Counted from the stretch's first letter, positions 47,018 to 60,559 are shown. The stretch is DNA of 64,000 nucleotides from an uncultured Erysipelotrichaceae bacterium (GCA_902766435.1 CACXDM010000106.1:10830-74829); one strand, 5' to 3'. Program-made: numbers and translations. The notes: generated from the sequence alone by a model not told the origin.

Positions 47018-48191
47018 GGATACATACAGAATTGACCGTTCATTCGGCATTTCGGAATCAATGATTGTTTCCCTCGTTACACTGTATCAGCCTCTGATCG
47101 GAAAAGATGCGGTAAACCTGTATCTTACTCTTGCCTCGGAAGCGGTAAACCCTCATACACAGGAAACACATTCCCGTCTTTTTGCGCTGATGAACAGTGA
47201 TCCCGATTCGTTTGACAGGGCTTGTGCAAAGCTTGAGGAATACATGCTTGTCAGAGTGTATAAGAAGACAATGGAATCAAGAAACAGTTATATCTATGTT
47301 CTTCATTTTCCGATGAGCGCTAAAGGTTTTCTCTCAACACCGTTTTTCATGAACCGCTATGTCAACATCATGGGACAGAAACAGGCCGAAACAACGATCT
47401 CACGGCTGAAGAGCAGGGAAATACCGACAACGGGATATCAGGATATCACAAGAAAAGTCAGCTACAGCCGCAGAGACGAAGTAAAGAGTGAAGTACAGTT
47501 CAGCGATGTTAAGCCGCGGTACAGGTTTGCCGTTGATGATACGACGATTGTATTCGATTATGATTCGTTTATCCGGAATACTTCCGTACTTGTATTTCCG
47601 GCTGAACTGAGAACACAGGAAACTATGAGTCTGATCGGCAGGCTCGCAACCGTTTACGGGATTTCCGCCGATCATATGCGGGTTTTGGTCAAGGACTGCG
47701 TGAACCTGGAAACGATGGAATTCAACAGTGAAAAACTGAAGCTGATGGCCGAACGCAGCAAACCTGACATCACTTCCGCAAAAGATCCGTATTCTCTTCC
47801 GCCGGTTTCTTTCCTGATGGCCAAGCAGAAGGGTGCTGCCGTTTCCATGACAGACCGCAGGATTCTCGAACATCTTTCCCTGGATATGCATTTTTCGAGC
47901 GAGGTGATCAATGTCATGATCGAATACATACTGCGGATCAGTGACAACAGACTGAACAGCAGATTTGTGGACATGGTTGCCGGCGAATGGGCAAGAGACG
48001 GAATCACCACAAAAGATCAGGCGGTGCTTGAAACAAAGAAGCAGACAAACCGCAGAAAGAACGGCCGGGTTCAGGTGAAAGTGCCTGAATTCATCGAAAA
48101 GCAGGAAGAGGGAATCTATCCTGAAAATCAGGAAGCTGATCAGGCAATGATTGAAGAAATCCGCCGGATGCAGTCGGAGATGAAGGAGTAA
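47001..48191 (+). CDS. dnaB: Replication initiation / helicase loader DnaB (Bacillota type)
   Basis: LYQPLIG and VINVMIEY...AGEWARDGI (DnaD/DnaB domain). Synteny coaE-dnaB-dnaI. Confidence 0.85.
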   Translation: MDVRTKDTYRIDRSFGISESMIVSLVTLYQPLIGKDAVNLYLTLASEAVNPHTQETHSRLFALMNSDPDSFDRACAKLEEYMLVRVYKKTMESRNSYIYVLHFPMSAKGFLSTPFFMNRYVNIMGQKQAETTISRLKSREIPTTGYQDITRKVSYSRRDEVKSEVQFSDVKPRYRFAVDDTTIVFDYDSFIRNTSVLVFPAELRTQETMSLIGRLATVYGISADHMRVLVKDCVNLETMEFNSEKLKLMAERSKPDITSAKDPYSLPPVSFLMAKQKGAAVSMTDRRILEHLSLDMHFSSEVINVMIEYILRISDNRLNSRFVDMVAGEWARDGITTKDQAVLETKKQTNRRKNGRVQVKVPEFIEKQEEGIYPENQEADQAMIEEIRRMQSEMKE

Positions 48192-48193
48192 CC

Positions 48194-49101
48194 ATGGAAA
48201 AGCTCAGTTTTGAAGAAAAGGACAGTGCCGCATCTGCCGTACAGAGAGAAGAACTGATCCGTGCACTGAAGGAGAATCCGGCAGTGCGGTATCTTTTTGC
48301 CAGAAACGGAATTCCCGAAAATATCTGCAGACTTCACCCTGGACAATCAAAGCCTGGCTGAGTGATTTTGAACCCTGTCAGAAATGTCCCGGTCTTTCCT
48401 CATGCGGACAGAAGAAAAAGGGATATTTCAACAATCTGGTATATGACGGAATTCTGCAGACCGTACAGACACCATGCCGCTATCAGAAGGAAAAACTCAG
48501 AGCTCTGGCGCATACGGACCGCTTTCTGATCAATGACATGCCTGAGAAACTGAAGACGGTTTCCTTCAAGACAATCAAAACTGACGGAGAAAGCAGAAAC
48601 TATATTGAAATACTCTCTCAGGCGATGCGTCTGAGCAGTGAAGGGAAAAGCTTTTATCTCTGCGGGACAATGGGCAGCGGAAAGACCTATCTTGCGGCCT
48701 GCGCGGCAAATGACCATGCCCGCAGCGGGGAAAAGGTATGCTTTGTGCATTATCCTTCTTTCTGCCGCCGTATGGCAGCTTCCGCAGCGGACGGGGAATA
48801 CCGCACTGAAGCTGACCGCCTGAAATACTGCCGGTTTCTGGTAATTGATGATATCGGCGCTGAAAGCATGACGGAGTGGAACCGTGATTCCATTCTTCTT
48901 CCGGTTCTGGACGCAAGATACGAAGACGGTCTTGCGACGTGGTTTACTTCCAACTGCGATTATGATTCACTGAAAAGTCACTTTGCATATTCCCGCAGCG
49001 GCAAGGAGGAAAGCCTTAAGGCAGCGCGTATTGTCGAGCGGATTCAGGCAATGTGCGAAGTGGGAACGCTTACAGGAAAAGATCGCCGTAATGCACTTTA
49101 A
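48194..49101 (+). CDS. dnaI: Primosomal helicase loader DnaI with apparent one-base frameshift near 48318-48321
   Basis: ATG at 48194 after AAGGAG. The frame changes at CCCGAAAATATCTG into the frame carrying the Cys-rich region CQKCPGLSSC, then GTMGSGKT, VIDDIGAE and FTSN. Confidence 0.85.
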
Positions 49102-49146
49102 TTCGTGATTCTGCGATGCTAGAATGAGGGTATCTGGAGGCTTATT

Positions 49147-50109
49147 ATGGTAAGGAAAATTGGTGTTCTTACTTCCGGCGGCGACGCTCCGGGAATGAAT
49201 GCGGCGATACGTTCCGTAACGAGAATTGCCTTGAATAACGGAGTCGAGGTTGTTGGTGTCTATAACGGTTACCGCGGTCTTCTTGAGGAATCTTTTGTGC
49301 CGATGACAAGATCGGATGTATCCGATATTCTTGACAGGGGCGGTACTAAACTCGGTTCTGCAAGACTCCCCGAATTCAAAAAGGGAGAGATTCAGGACAC
49401 ATGCATCAGAAATCTGAACCGTGCCGGAATTGACGCGCTTGTCGTCATCGGCGGTGACGGTTCATACCGCGGTGCTCTTGCGCTTACCCAGAAGGGGATC
49501 AACTGTATCGGTCTGCCCGGTACGATTGACAATGATATTCCGGGTACTGACTTTACGATCGGTTTTGATACGGCTCTTAGGACCTGTGTTGAAAACGTGG
49601 ATAAACTGCGTGATACATCCAGTTCCCATCACCGCTGCTCAATCGTTGAAGTCATGGGCAACAGATGCGGTGACCTGGCGCTGTATACGGCGATCTGCTG
49701 CGGCGCGGAGATGGTCATTTCACCTGAGACGGGATATGACGAGCTTGAGGTCATCGAAAGACTGCGTTATCTCGGTGATGCGGTTAAGAAGAATCACGCG
49801 ATTGTCATCATATCGGAAAAGATCTGTGATGTGGATGCGCTTGCCAAGAAGGTTTCCCAGCAGACGGAATTCAGCGGCCGGGCAACGGTTCTCGGACATA
49901 TCCAGAGAGGCGGATCACCTACTGCTTCCGACCGTATGCTTGCCAGCCGTATGGGTGAAAAGGCAGTTGACCTGCTGATGGAAGGGATCGGCGGTCACTG
50001 TGTAGGCATCATCGACAATGAAATCACTTCGATGCCGATTCAGGAAGCGCTGGAAAGACCGCGTAAGAGCAGAAAGCATCTGTACCGTCTGTTCGACCGT
50101 CTGGTCTAG
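49147..50109 (+). CDS. pfkA: 6-phosphofructokinase
   Basis: TSGGDAPGMNA, GGDGS, PGTIDND, EVMG and LGHIQRGG. Confidence 0.98.
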   Translation: MVRKIGVLTSGGDAPGMNAAIRSVTRIALNNGVEVVGVYNGYRGLLEESFVPMTRSDVSDILDRGGTKLGSARLPEFKKGEIQDTCIRNLNRAGIDALVVIGGDGSYRGALALTQKGINCIGLPGTIDNDIPGTDFTIGFDTALRTCVENVDKLRDTSSSHHRCSIVEVMGNRCGDLALYTAICCGAEMVISPETGYDELEVIERLRYLGDAVKKNHAIVIISEKICDVDALAKKVSQQTEFSGRATVLGHIQRGGSPTASDRMLASRMGEKAVDLLMEGIGGHCVGIIDNEITSMPIQEALERPRKSRKHLYRLFDRLV

Positions 50110-50142
50110 AAGCCGTCCAGAACAATATAAGGGGGTTTTAAC

Positions 50143-51576
50143 ATGTCAGATAATCATATTTTCAAGAAGACGAAGGTCATCTGCACGATCGGTCCGTCTT
50201 CTGAGAATAGTGAAACAATCGGCAGTCTCGCCGCTGCCGGAATGAATATTGCCAGACTGAATTTCAGCCATGGCACATACGACGAGCATCTCAAAAGGAT
50301 TAAGATGATCCGGCGTGTCAGTGACAGCTGCGGGCACAACATTTCAATCGCGCTTGATACAAAAGGACCTGAGATCCGTCTGGGCAATTTCATCAATGAT
50401 GAAGAAATGTATGAAATCGGTGAGACGGTTACCCTGACAAGGGAACCGGTTGAGGGAACACATGAACGTTTTCATATCATGTGTCCCGAACTGTTTGAGG
50501 ATCTTGTGCCCGGTCATTATATTCTGATCAATGACGGCAAGATGAAGCTCACCGTACTGGAAAACAACGGTGAGGAAATGAAGTGCAGCGTTGATGTGGC
50601 CGGTCCGATCAGTTCCCATAAGGGCTGCAATGTTCCGGGTGTAAAGCTTTCCATGCCGTTCATGTCACAGAAGGATATTGATGATGTCCGCTTCGGATGT
50701 CAGAACGGTGTGGACTTCATCTTTGCTTCATTTGTCAGACGTGCTTCCGATGTAAACCAGATCAGAAAGATCTGCATTGAGCAGGGAAAACCGAAGACAA
50801 ATATCATCGCCAAAATCGAAAACCAGGAAGGATATGACAATATAGATTCCATTCTCGAAGCGGCTGACGGTGTCATGGTCGCAAGAGGTGATCTCGGCGT
50901 AGAGATTCCGACGATGATGGTTCCAATTTATCAGAAGCATATTATCCGTCAGGCGAATATTGCCGGCAAATGTGTAATCACAGCTACGCATATGCTGGAT
51001 TCCATGACGCATAATCCAAGATGTACGAGAGCGGAAGCGGCAGATGTCTGCAACGCTGTTCTCGATGGTTCCGACGGTGTCATGCTGAGCGCGGAAACGG
51101 CAGCCGGTGACTATCCGGTTGAAGCATGTGAAACAATGTCTCAGATTGCGGAGGAAGCAGAGAAAATTCTTCCTTACCGTGAACGTCTTGACTGGCTGCG
51201 CACCACATCACACAAGACAATTCAGGACGCGGTATCCATCGCAATCAGTGATGCGACACTGACACTTGACAATATCGGTGCGATCGTCGTATTTACCCAG
51301 GGAGGCACAACTGCCAGGACGATTTCAAAGTACCGTCCGCAGGTACCTGTTCTTGCCGTGACATTCACAAAGGAGACACAGCGCAGACTTGAGAGTTACT
51401 GGGGTGTGATACCGATCTATTCGGATGTCGTCAATAAAATGACAAACGATGACGATCTTGCCAGTCTCTTTGCCAAGGATTACGGTATCAAGAAGGGAAT
51501 GAACATCATCATTTCCGCCGGTTATCCGACCGGTGAAGGCTCTGCCAATATGATGAAAATCGTTGAAGTAAAGTGA
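50143..51576 (+). CDS. pyk: Pyruvate kinase
   Basis: KTKVICTIGP, ARLNFSHG, DTKGPEIR, IAKIE and MVARGDLG. Confidence 0.98.
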   Translation: MSDNHIFKKTKVICTIGPSSENSETIGSLAAAGMNIARLNFSHGTYDEHLKRIKMIRRVSDSCGHNISIALDTKGPEIRLGNFINDEEMYEIGETVTLTREPVEGTHERFHIMCPELFEDLVPGHYILINDGKMKLTVLENNGEEMKCSVDVAGPISSHKGCNVPGVKLSMPFMSQKDIDDVRFGCQNGVDFIFASFVRRASDVNQIRKICIEQGKPKTNIIAKIENQEGYDNIDSILEAADGVMVARGDLGVEIPTMMVPIYQKHIIRQANIAGKCVITATHMLDSMTHNPRCTRAEAADVCNAVLDGSDGVMLSAETAAGDYPVEACETMSQIAEEAEKILPYRERLDWLRTTSHKTIQDAVSIAISDATLTLDNIGAIVVFTQGGTTARTISKYRPQVPVLAVTFTKETQRRLESYWGVIPIYSDVVNKMTNDDDLASLFAKDYGIKKGMNIIISAGYPTGEGSANMMKIVEVK

Positions 51577-51600
51577 AAACCGGCCGAAGCCGGTTTTTTT
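51576..51600. terminator. Bidirectional terminator
   Basis: AAAACCGGC-cgaa-GCCGGTTTTTT. Confidence 0.85.
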
Positions 51601-53405
51601 CAGTTTCTGGTTCTGCTGTTTTTGGTCTTGGACTGAATCTCCGCGATCGCTGCTTTCTGATTCAGAATAACGGGAATCACGATCGGGTTCCGGTTTGTCT
51701 TCTTGAACAGGAACGGTTCGAGCGAGGAACGGATACAGTTCTTGAGTTCGCCGAATGTTGTCCGCTGCATCATCTTTTTCTTCAGCGCTTCGTAGACGAC
51801 CAGTTCCGCTTCCTTAAGCAGTGTCTGATTATCTTTAATAAATACGAATCCGCGGCTGACGATGGAAGGGCGGCAGAGTATCTTGTTGTATCGGGAATCG
51901 ATTGTAACGATTACCGCAACCAGTCCGTTTTCCGCCAGAATCTTTCTGTCCTTGATTACGGATGTGCTGAGACCTGAAGCATCATTTCCGTCAACGTAGA
52001 TCGCGTCTGTCTGAACACGTTCGTTTGCCAGGAAGCACTCCTCATTGCGCAGTACGATGATATCGCCGTTGGAACAGATGAAGCATCTGTCTTCGGGAAC
52101 ACCTGTTTCCTGTGCCGTGGCGCTGTGCTGAACAAGCATCTTGTATTCACCGTGATTCGGCATGAAGTATTTCGGCTTGATCAGATTCAGCATCAGCTTC
52201 TGTTCTTCAACAGAGGCATGTCCGGTTGTATGGAACGAAGTCAGAGGTGAGTTGGTGATGACATTTGCTCCGACTCTTGTCAGAAGATTGATGACACCGC
52301 CGACAGATACGCCGTTTCCGGGGATCGGATTACTCGAGAAGAGAACCGTGTCACCGGGAATAATCTTGATGAATCTGTGTGTTCCCTTGGCGATTCTGCT
52401 GAGGGCAGCCATCGGTTCGCCCTGAGAACCGGTACATACGATACAGATTCTGTTTGCCGGAAGGGTATTCAGTTCGTTGCCGGAAATGAAGCTGCTCTCC
52501 GGGATCTTGATAACACCCATTTTGCGTCCGATTTCACATACGTTTTCCATTGAGCGGCCGAAGACGGCAACTTTACGGTCACAGGCGACCGCTGCCTCAA
52601 GAATCTGATTCAGACGCAGGACGTTGGATGCGAATGTTGATACAAGCAGACGTCCGGGCGTCTTTTTCATCTGCATCATGATTGCCTTGGCAACTGCCTT
52701 TTCCGATATGGATGATCCGGGGACACTTGAGTTGGTGGAGTCACTCATCAGCAGTGTAACCCCGACCTGTCCGATGTATGCCATCTTCTGATAATCAGAA
52801 TTCGTTCCGACCGGAGTCAGATCGAATTTGAAGTCACCTGTCTCAACGATTCTGCCGTTAGGCGTATTGATCAGTACGCCCAGGGAATCCGGAATTGAAT
52901 GTACGGTATCGAAAAAGCCGACGTTGAAATATTTTGTTCTGACACGGCTGTCCGAATTGATCTCGATGATTTTGCATGAACGTGAAAGACGGTGTTCTTC
53001 CAGCTTCTTTTCAATCAGTGCCTTGGCAAAACGGGGTGCGTAGATTTCCTTCAGTCTGATGGATTGCAGAAAGAAGGGGATGCCTCCGATATGGTCTTCA
53101 TGTCCGTGGGTGATGATCAGAGCTTTGATTTTTGACTGATTTTTAACCAGATACGTATAGTCCGGTATTACATAGTCAACACCGAGCAGTTCATCCTCAG
53201 GAAACATTACGCCGCAGTCCACTATTATGATCTCATCATCATGTTCAAAGCAGTACATGTTCTTGCCGATTTCACCCAATCCGCCCAAAGCGTAAACCAG
53301 GGTATCGGTTTCGTGATTGATCGCATTATTGGCGTATGCGGAATCAGTAATCTGAGTATAGCGGAGAGCTCTTGCGGGACTTTTTCCGTTTGTGGTTTCA
53401 CTCAT
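51600..53405 (-). CDS. rnj: Ribonuclease J
   Basis: ALGGLGEIGKN, THGHEDHIGG, TGDFK and GSQGEPMAAL. Confidence 0.97.
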   Translation of the reverse strand: MSETTNGKSPARALRYTQITDSAYANNAINHETDTLVYALGGLGEIGKNMYCFEHDDEIIIVDCGVMFPEDELLGVDYVIPDYTYLVKNQSKIKALIITHGHEDHIGGIPFFLQSIRLKEIYAPRFAKALIEKKLEEHRLSRSCKIIEINSDSRVRTKYFNVGFFDTVHSIPDSLGVLINTPNGRIVETGDFKFDLTPVGTNSDYQKMAYIGQVGVTLLMSDSTNSSVPGSSISEKAVAKAIMMQMKKTPGRLLVSTFASNVLRLNQILEAAVACDRKVAVFGRSMENVCEIGRKMGVIKIPESSFISGNELNTLPANRICIVCTGSQGEPMAALSRIAKGTHRFIKIIPGDTVLFSSNPIPGNGVSVGGVINLLTRVGANVITNSPLTSFHTTGHASVEEQKLMLNLIKPKYFMPNHGEYKMLVQHSATAQETGVPEDRCFICSNGDIIVLRNEECFLANERVQTDAIYVDGNDASGLSTSVIKDRKILAENGLVAVIVTIDSRYNKILCRPSIVSRGFVFIKDNQTLLKEAELVVYEALKKKMMQRTTFGELKNCIRSSLEPFLFKKTNRNPIVIPVILNQKAAIAEIQSKTKNSRTRN

Positions 53406-53485
53406 TATATGATTACCTCATTTCTGAAACTATTGATTAACTGCATTATAACATTATCCTGTCAAATGCAAAGATTAAGACATGA

Positions 53486-54052
53486 TTAAATTACCATCGC
53501 ACCTTCGGTTTCATGGAAGGGGTCTTTACGGTCAATATGATCGTAGAACAGGATGCCTTTGAAGTGATCCAGCTCATGCTGGAGAACAATTGCCAGATAG
53601 CCTCTTGCCCTGATTTCAATATACTGATCGGTACAGAGATCATACGCTCTTACCTTGACTCTGGCGCTTCTGACTACATGTCCTTCATGTTCTTCGGCAA
53701 CCGAAAGGCATCCTTCACCGCCGGAAAGATATGCTTTCTGAACGGAGGAGGAAACGATCTTCGGATTGACCAGCATGAATTCATAATGGACCGGGTTTTC
53801 ATTCTTGTCATATTCATCAACGACAATGGCAGTCATCTGTTTCGGTACACCGACCTGTATGGCACTGATGCCTACAGCCGGCCGCAGATTGAATTCCTTT
53901 GCCTTTTCTTCATCGGTTGAATCCTTGACATACTGCAGCATCTCCCGCAGAAGTGTTTCGTCTTCAGCTGAAAGGGGGAGCTCCACCGGCTCAGATTTCT
54001 GACGAATCAAAGGATCATTGTCTTTGATAATCGTATCATTATTTATAAGCAT
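53486..54052 (-). CDS. def: Peptide deformylase
   Basis: GISAIQVG, EGCLSV and QHELDH. Confidence 0.96.
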   Translation of the reverse strand: MLINNDTIIKDNDPLIRQKSEPVELPLSAEDETLLREMLQYVKDSTDEEKAKEFNLRPAVGISAIQVGVPKQMTAIVVDEYDKNENPVHYEFMLVNPKIVSSSVQKAYLSGGEGCLSVAEEHEGHVVRSARVKVRAYDLCTDQYIEIRARGYLAIVLQHELDHFKGILFYDHIDRKDPFHETEGAMVI

Positions 54053-54094
54053 GTTCTTAACCTCGTGACTATTCTAGCAGAAGTTCGCTGATTG

Positions 54095-55051
54095 TCAAAA
54101 ATCTGCACCGCCATTGAGTCCGTACGTATTTCCCTGAGGCCGGGCTGCTCTCATGATTGCTTCGGCAACCGCATAAGAGGCAAGAATGCCGATTGCGTTC
54201 ACATCGGCTTTCACACTGCCGTGAGCCATGACATAGATGCTGTCTCCGTCAAATGTTGTATGAACGGGGCGTATTGTTCTTGCCATTCCGTCATGTGCCA
54301 TCGAAGCTGCTTTTGAGGCATGTGCCTTGGTCATTTCCGCGTTTGTGATGACTGCGCAGATTGTAGTGTTCCGGTTGAAGAGATCCGGCTGCATCAGCCC
54401 GAAATACGCTTCTTCACTGTCAATGAATTCCCGGGTCTTCGGATCATAACAGCCTGCCAGTTTCCTTCCGGTACGGTAATCATAAATGTCTCCGACAGCG
54501 TTGACTGCCGCAATGGCACCTACCATCAGATCTCCGCACTGCACCGCATATATTCCCAGACCGGACTTCATGCTGGAAAGGGGACCGCGGATCTTGCCGA
54601 CAGACGCGCCTGTTCCCGCACCATAGGAGCCTTCACGGAACTGATTTGTTTCACTGTTCTGACAGGCAAGTCTGCCAAGTGCCGCATCAGGTCTGACATC
54701 ATTTCTTCCTACGCCGAGATCAAAGAGACATGACGCGCAGACGATCGGTACTTTCCCGTATTCGGTGGGGAAGCCGATGTTCCTCTCTTCAAGATATGTC
54801 ATCACGCCATCCGCCGCGCTCAGACCGAAGGCACTGCCGCCGCTGAGCAGCACCGCATTCACGCTTTCATTTGCGGCCAGGGGATTCAGAAGGGCGCTTT
54901 CTCTGGAAGCCGGTGCTCCGCCTCTGACATCCAGTCCCGTGACTGCTCCGTCTCTGCAGATGATTACCGTACATCCGGTAGCCGCGTCTTCATACTCGGC
55001 GCTGCCGATCTGAAAACCGGGAATATCCCTGATATCCATTTTCTTAAACAT
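54095..55051 (-). CDS. P1/DmpA (S58) family peptidase
   Basis: TGCTV, DVRGGAPASRE, LSGGSAFGL, GAGTGA, NTTI and HTTFDGD. Confidence 0.9.
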   Translation of the reverse strand: MFKKMDIRDIPGFQIGSAEYEDAATGCTVIICRDGAVTGLDVRGGAPASRESALLNPLAANESVNAVLLSGGSAFGLSAADGVMTYLEERNIGFPTEYGKVPIVCASCLFDLGVGRNDVRPDAALGRLACQNSETNQFREGSYGAGTGASVGKIRGPLSSMKSGLGIYAVQCGDLMVGAIAAVNAVGDIYDYRTGRKLAGCYDPKTREFIDSEEAYFGLMQPDLFNRNTTICAVITNAEMTKAHASKAASMAHDGMARTIRPVHTTFDGDSIYVMAHGSVKADVNAIGILASYAVAEAIMRAARPQGNTYGLNGGADF

Positions 55052-55158
55052 ATGAGCCTCTTTTCTTTGAACATATTCTATCATCTGTCATCCGATCTAA
55101 ATATGCGGGATTTCAGAATTGATGTCCGATTTCCTGCGGTTATGATAAAATCATTTAC

Positions 55159-56379
55159 ATGACACAAACAAAAAGCAAAAAAGACGTCAAAAAGAAGAAA
55201 TTCACCCTGAAAATGCCGCAGGGTACGGATATGCCGGTCATGCTGGCGATTCTTTTTCTGATGGTGTTCGGCATTATCATGGTGGCCAGCGCTTCGATGG
55301 GGCTTTCCGTAGGCAACAGCAGATATCTTCTGATCACAACAGCAAAGCAGGTGATATTCGTCGCCGCGGGATATTGTGTTATGACAACACTGGCCAACCG
55401 TTTTACACTTCACTACCTGCGCAGCCGTCAGTTCTCATCTTTGGTTCTGATCACTCTGTTCAGCCTGTTTGCCTGTCTTGCTTTCCCCGCTGTCGGCGGT
55501 GCGAAGGCATGGGTAAGAATTCCGCTGGGCATTACGGAGATTACGCTGCAGCCCTCAGAATTTGCCAAGATCGTGGCGATTCTGATCGTTGCCGCATATA
55601 CGGGAGACATCTCCAAACGCTTTCCTTCCGCATGGGAAATGCTGAAGAAACCCGTATGCTTTATCCTTATATTTGTCGGGATTGTATTGGTCTTACAGTC
55701 CGACTTCGGCTCGGCGGCGGTGATCTTTCTGATTTCCTGCGTATGCTTCCTGATTCCGAATCATATACAGATGCGGGGCTTTCAGCGGTTTCTGATCGTC
55801 GCTTTCTGGGCAGTTCTGATCTTTGCCGTGTTTCTGCTTTCGCCTTACGGGGAATCGTTTATCCGGACACTGCCGTTTCTGAAGGAATATCAGGTAAACC
55901 GTTTTCTCTCCGCCATTGATCCGTTTTCCGATCAGTACAACACCGGTTATCAGCTGATCAACGGGCTGATCAGTTTCGCAAGCGGTGGATGGTTCGGTGT
56001 CGGCTTCGGCAATTCGGTCAGAAAGTATACTGACTTTCCGGCTGCAAACACTGACTTTATTCTGGCGATTGTCGTCGAGGAACTCGGTTTTGTCGGATTC
56101 CTGGCTCTGCTGACCGCATATGGGGTGATTATCTTCCGTCTTCTCAGTTATGCAATGAAGATGAAGAGTGAAAAGGGAAGAATCGTATTAGTCGGCACGG
56201 CGATGTATCTGTTATTCCATATCGTATTCAATATCGGCGGTGTGACAGGTCTCATCCCTCTGACGGGTATTCCGCTGCTGATGGTTTCGGCGGGCGGCAG
56301 CTCCACGATGTCATTCATGGCATGTGTAGGACTGTCCCAGGCTGTGATTGCGGCTTTCCGCAGGGGCGAGATCCAATGA
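55159..56379 (+). CDS. ftsW: FtsW/RodA/SpoVE family SEDS protein
   Basis: GAKAW, LQPSEFAK, TDFILAIVVEELG and PLTGIPLLMVSAGGSS. Confidence 0.88.
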   Translation: MTQTKSKKDVKKKKFTLKMPQGTDMPVMLAILFLMVFGIIMVASASMGLSVGNSRYLLITTAKQVIFVAAGYCVMTTLANRFTLHYLRSRQFSSLVLITLFSLFACLAFPAVGGAKAWVRIPLGITEITLQPSEFAKIVAILIVAAYTGDISKRFPSAWEMLKKPVCFILIFVGIVLVLQSDFGSAAVIFLISCVCFLIPNHIQMRGFQRFLIVAFWAVLIFAVFLLSPYGESFIRTLPFLKEYQVNRFLSAIDPFSDQYNTGYQLINGLISFASGGWFGVGFGNSVRKYTDFPAANTDFILAIVVEELGFVGFLALLTAYGVIIFRLLSYAMKMKSEKGRIVLVGTAMYLLFHIVFNIGGVTGLIPLTGIPLLMVSAGGSSTMSFMACVGLSQAVIAAFRRGEIQ

Positions 56380-56936
56380 GGATTATTGCCGGAACTTACC
56401 GTTCCAGAAGGATTCAGGCACCGGAGGGAACAGAGACCAGACCGACGCTTGATAAAGTCAGGGAAGCGGTATTCTCATCACTTGGCGGTATGTTTGAGGG
56501 CGGAATGTTTCTGGATCTTTATGCCGGCAGCGGTGCCAACGGTCTGGAGGCTGTCTCACGGGGCTGCAGCAAGGCTGTATTCAATGATCTCTCCGGGCGG
56601 GCATACCGTACGATTAAAAAGAATATAGAGACACTCGGCTGCGGAGAACAGACGGAAGTGTATCATATGAAGGATACGGCGCTTCTGAACAGACTTTCCG
56701 GCGGTCATATTCAGTTCGGTTATGTTTATCTCGATCCGCCGTATTCGGGACAGAAGAATATAAAGATCATGAATATGCTGCAGGATCTTTCGCTGCTTGA
56801 AGACGATGCCAGAGTCATCGTGGAATCCGCGAAGGAAGATGAATATCCGGCTGATGCAGGAAGACTTCACAGGTATAAAGAGGCAGTATACGGTATTACA
56901 AAGATCTCATATTATGTGTATTCAGAAGAGGAATGA
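56376..56936 (+). CDS. rsmD: 16S rRNA m2G966 methyltransferase
   Basis: MRIIAG, TRPTLDKVREAVF, LDLYAGSG and DPPY. Confidence 0.95.
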   Translation: MRIIAGTYRSRRIQAPEGTETRPTLDKVREAVFSSLGGMFEGGMFLDLYAGSGANGLEAVSRGCSKAVFNDLSGRAYRTIKKNIETLGCGEQTEVYHMKDTALLNRLSGGHIQFGYVYLDPPYSGQKNIKIMNMLQDLSLLEDDARVIVESAKEDEYPADAGRLHRYKEAVYGITKISYYVYSEEE

Positions 56937-56994
56937 TCCTGCGGGACATTCTTTTTTTATGCCCCATGCCTGGAAGGCAATCTTTTGAAAGAAA

Positions 56995-57065
56995 ATAGCA
57001 CTCTGGTCTTGACAGTGCTAAAACAGGGAGGTAGTATATTAGCAGGCATTGGAAAAGAGTGCTAA
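56995..57065 (+). promoter_or_regulatory. Two CIRCE elements overlapping a SigA promoter
   Basis: ATAGCACTC-N9-CAGTGCTAA (56995-57021) and TTAGCAGGC-N9-GAGTGCTAA (57039-57065). TTGACA at 57009, N17, TAGTAT. Confidence 0.92.
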
Positions 57066-57078
57066 AGGAGGTGGATTG

Positions 57079-58096
57079 ATGCTTACACCGAGACGTATCG
57101 AGATATTCAAGGCGATCGTCGATGAATTCATCAAAACTGCGGAACCTGTCGGTTCCAAAGCGCTGCAGATCAAATATTCGCTTCCCTATTCCAGTGCAAC
57201 GATCCGGAATGACATGCAGATTCTTGAAGAGATGGGATATCTTGAGAAAACCCATACTTCAAGCGGCAGAATACCGAGTACGAAAGGCTACCGGTTCTAC
57301 TGTGAAAATCTGCTGGATGACGCAAAGATCGATAAACGGATGGAAGTGGCGATCAAAGATGCGTTCGAGATGACGAACATGAATATTGAGGAAGCCGTGA
57401 GACAGAGCTGTCAGATCCTGTCGGAAATGACAAATATGACAGCCGGAGCGATCGGCCCCGATTCATCGACACAGTGCCTAGAACATATCAGACTGTTTCC
57501 GTTAGACAGCAGAAGTGCCGTATGTATCTTCATTACGAATACGGGACATACGGAAACAAAGAACTTCCGCTTTAAGGAAGATATACCGCTTTCGGATATT
57601 GAAAGCTGTACGGAGATTCTGAATAACCGTCTGAGAGGAGTTCCTGTATCGGAACTGCCGGAAAGAATGAATGAACTGAAGCCGGTTCTGAGTCAGACAG
57701 TCAGAAGACACGACCTTCTGTTTACCGCTTTTGTCAAGGCATTCGTCAAGTTTGCAAGCGACAACGTGTATTTTTCCGGAAAGGACAGAATGCTGTATCA
57801 GCCGGAGTTTGAAGATATTGCAAAGCTGAAGAAGCTGATGTCAATGTTTGAGGATTCGACTGTATGGAAAAGAATACAGACTTCGGATAATGCAGTCGCG
57901 GTCAGAACAAAGAAAGGTGCCGAACTGACATGGTACGGTGACCTTGCGGTAGTCAGATCGAAATTCAGAGTAAACGACAATGAGTCCGGTGAACTGATGG
58001 TTGTCGGACCAAGCAGAATGGATTACGAAATGGTCGTCTCCATGCTCGAATATGCCGCAAAAATGATTGAGAAAATGTACAATGCAGGAGGCAGTA

Positions 58097-58107
<11 letters not shown>
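57079..58107 (+). CDS. hrcA: Heat-inducible transcription repressor HrcA
   Basis: EPVGSK, SSATIRNDM, HTSSGRIPS and GPSRMDY. Confidence 0.97.
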
Positions 58108-60491
<2,384 letters not shown>

Positions 60492-60502
60492 AAACAATAA
60501 TG

Positions 60503-60531
60503 GAGAATGCGGGACCATAGTTCCGCATTCT
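60503..60531 (+). other. Intergenic stem-loop between dnaK and dnaJ (no U-tail, probable mRNA stabiliser or attenuator)
   Basis: AGAATGCGG...CCGCATTCT. Confidence 0.6.
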
Positions 60532-60559
60532 GCATATAGCAGTAGAAAGGCAGACAGAT

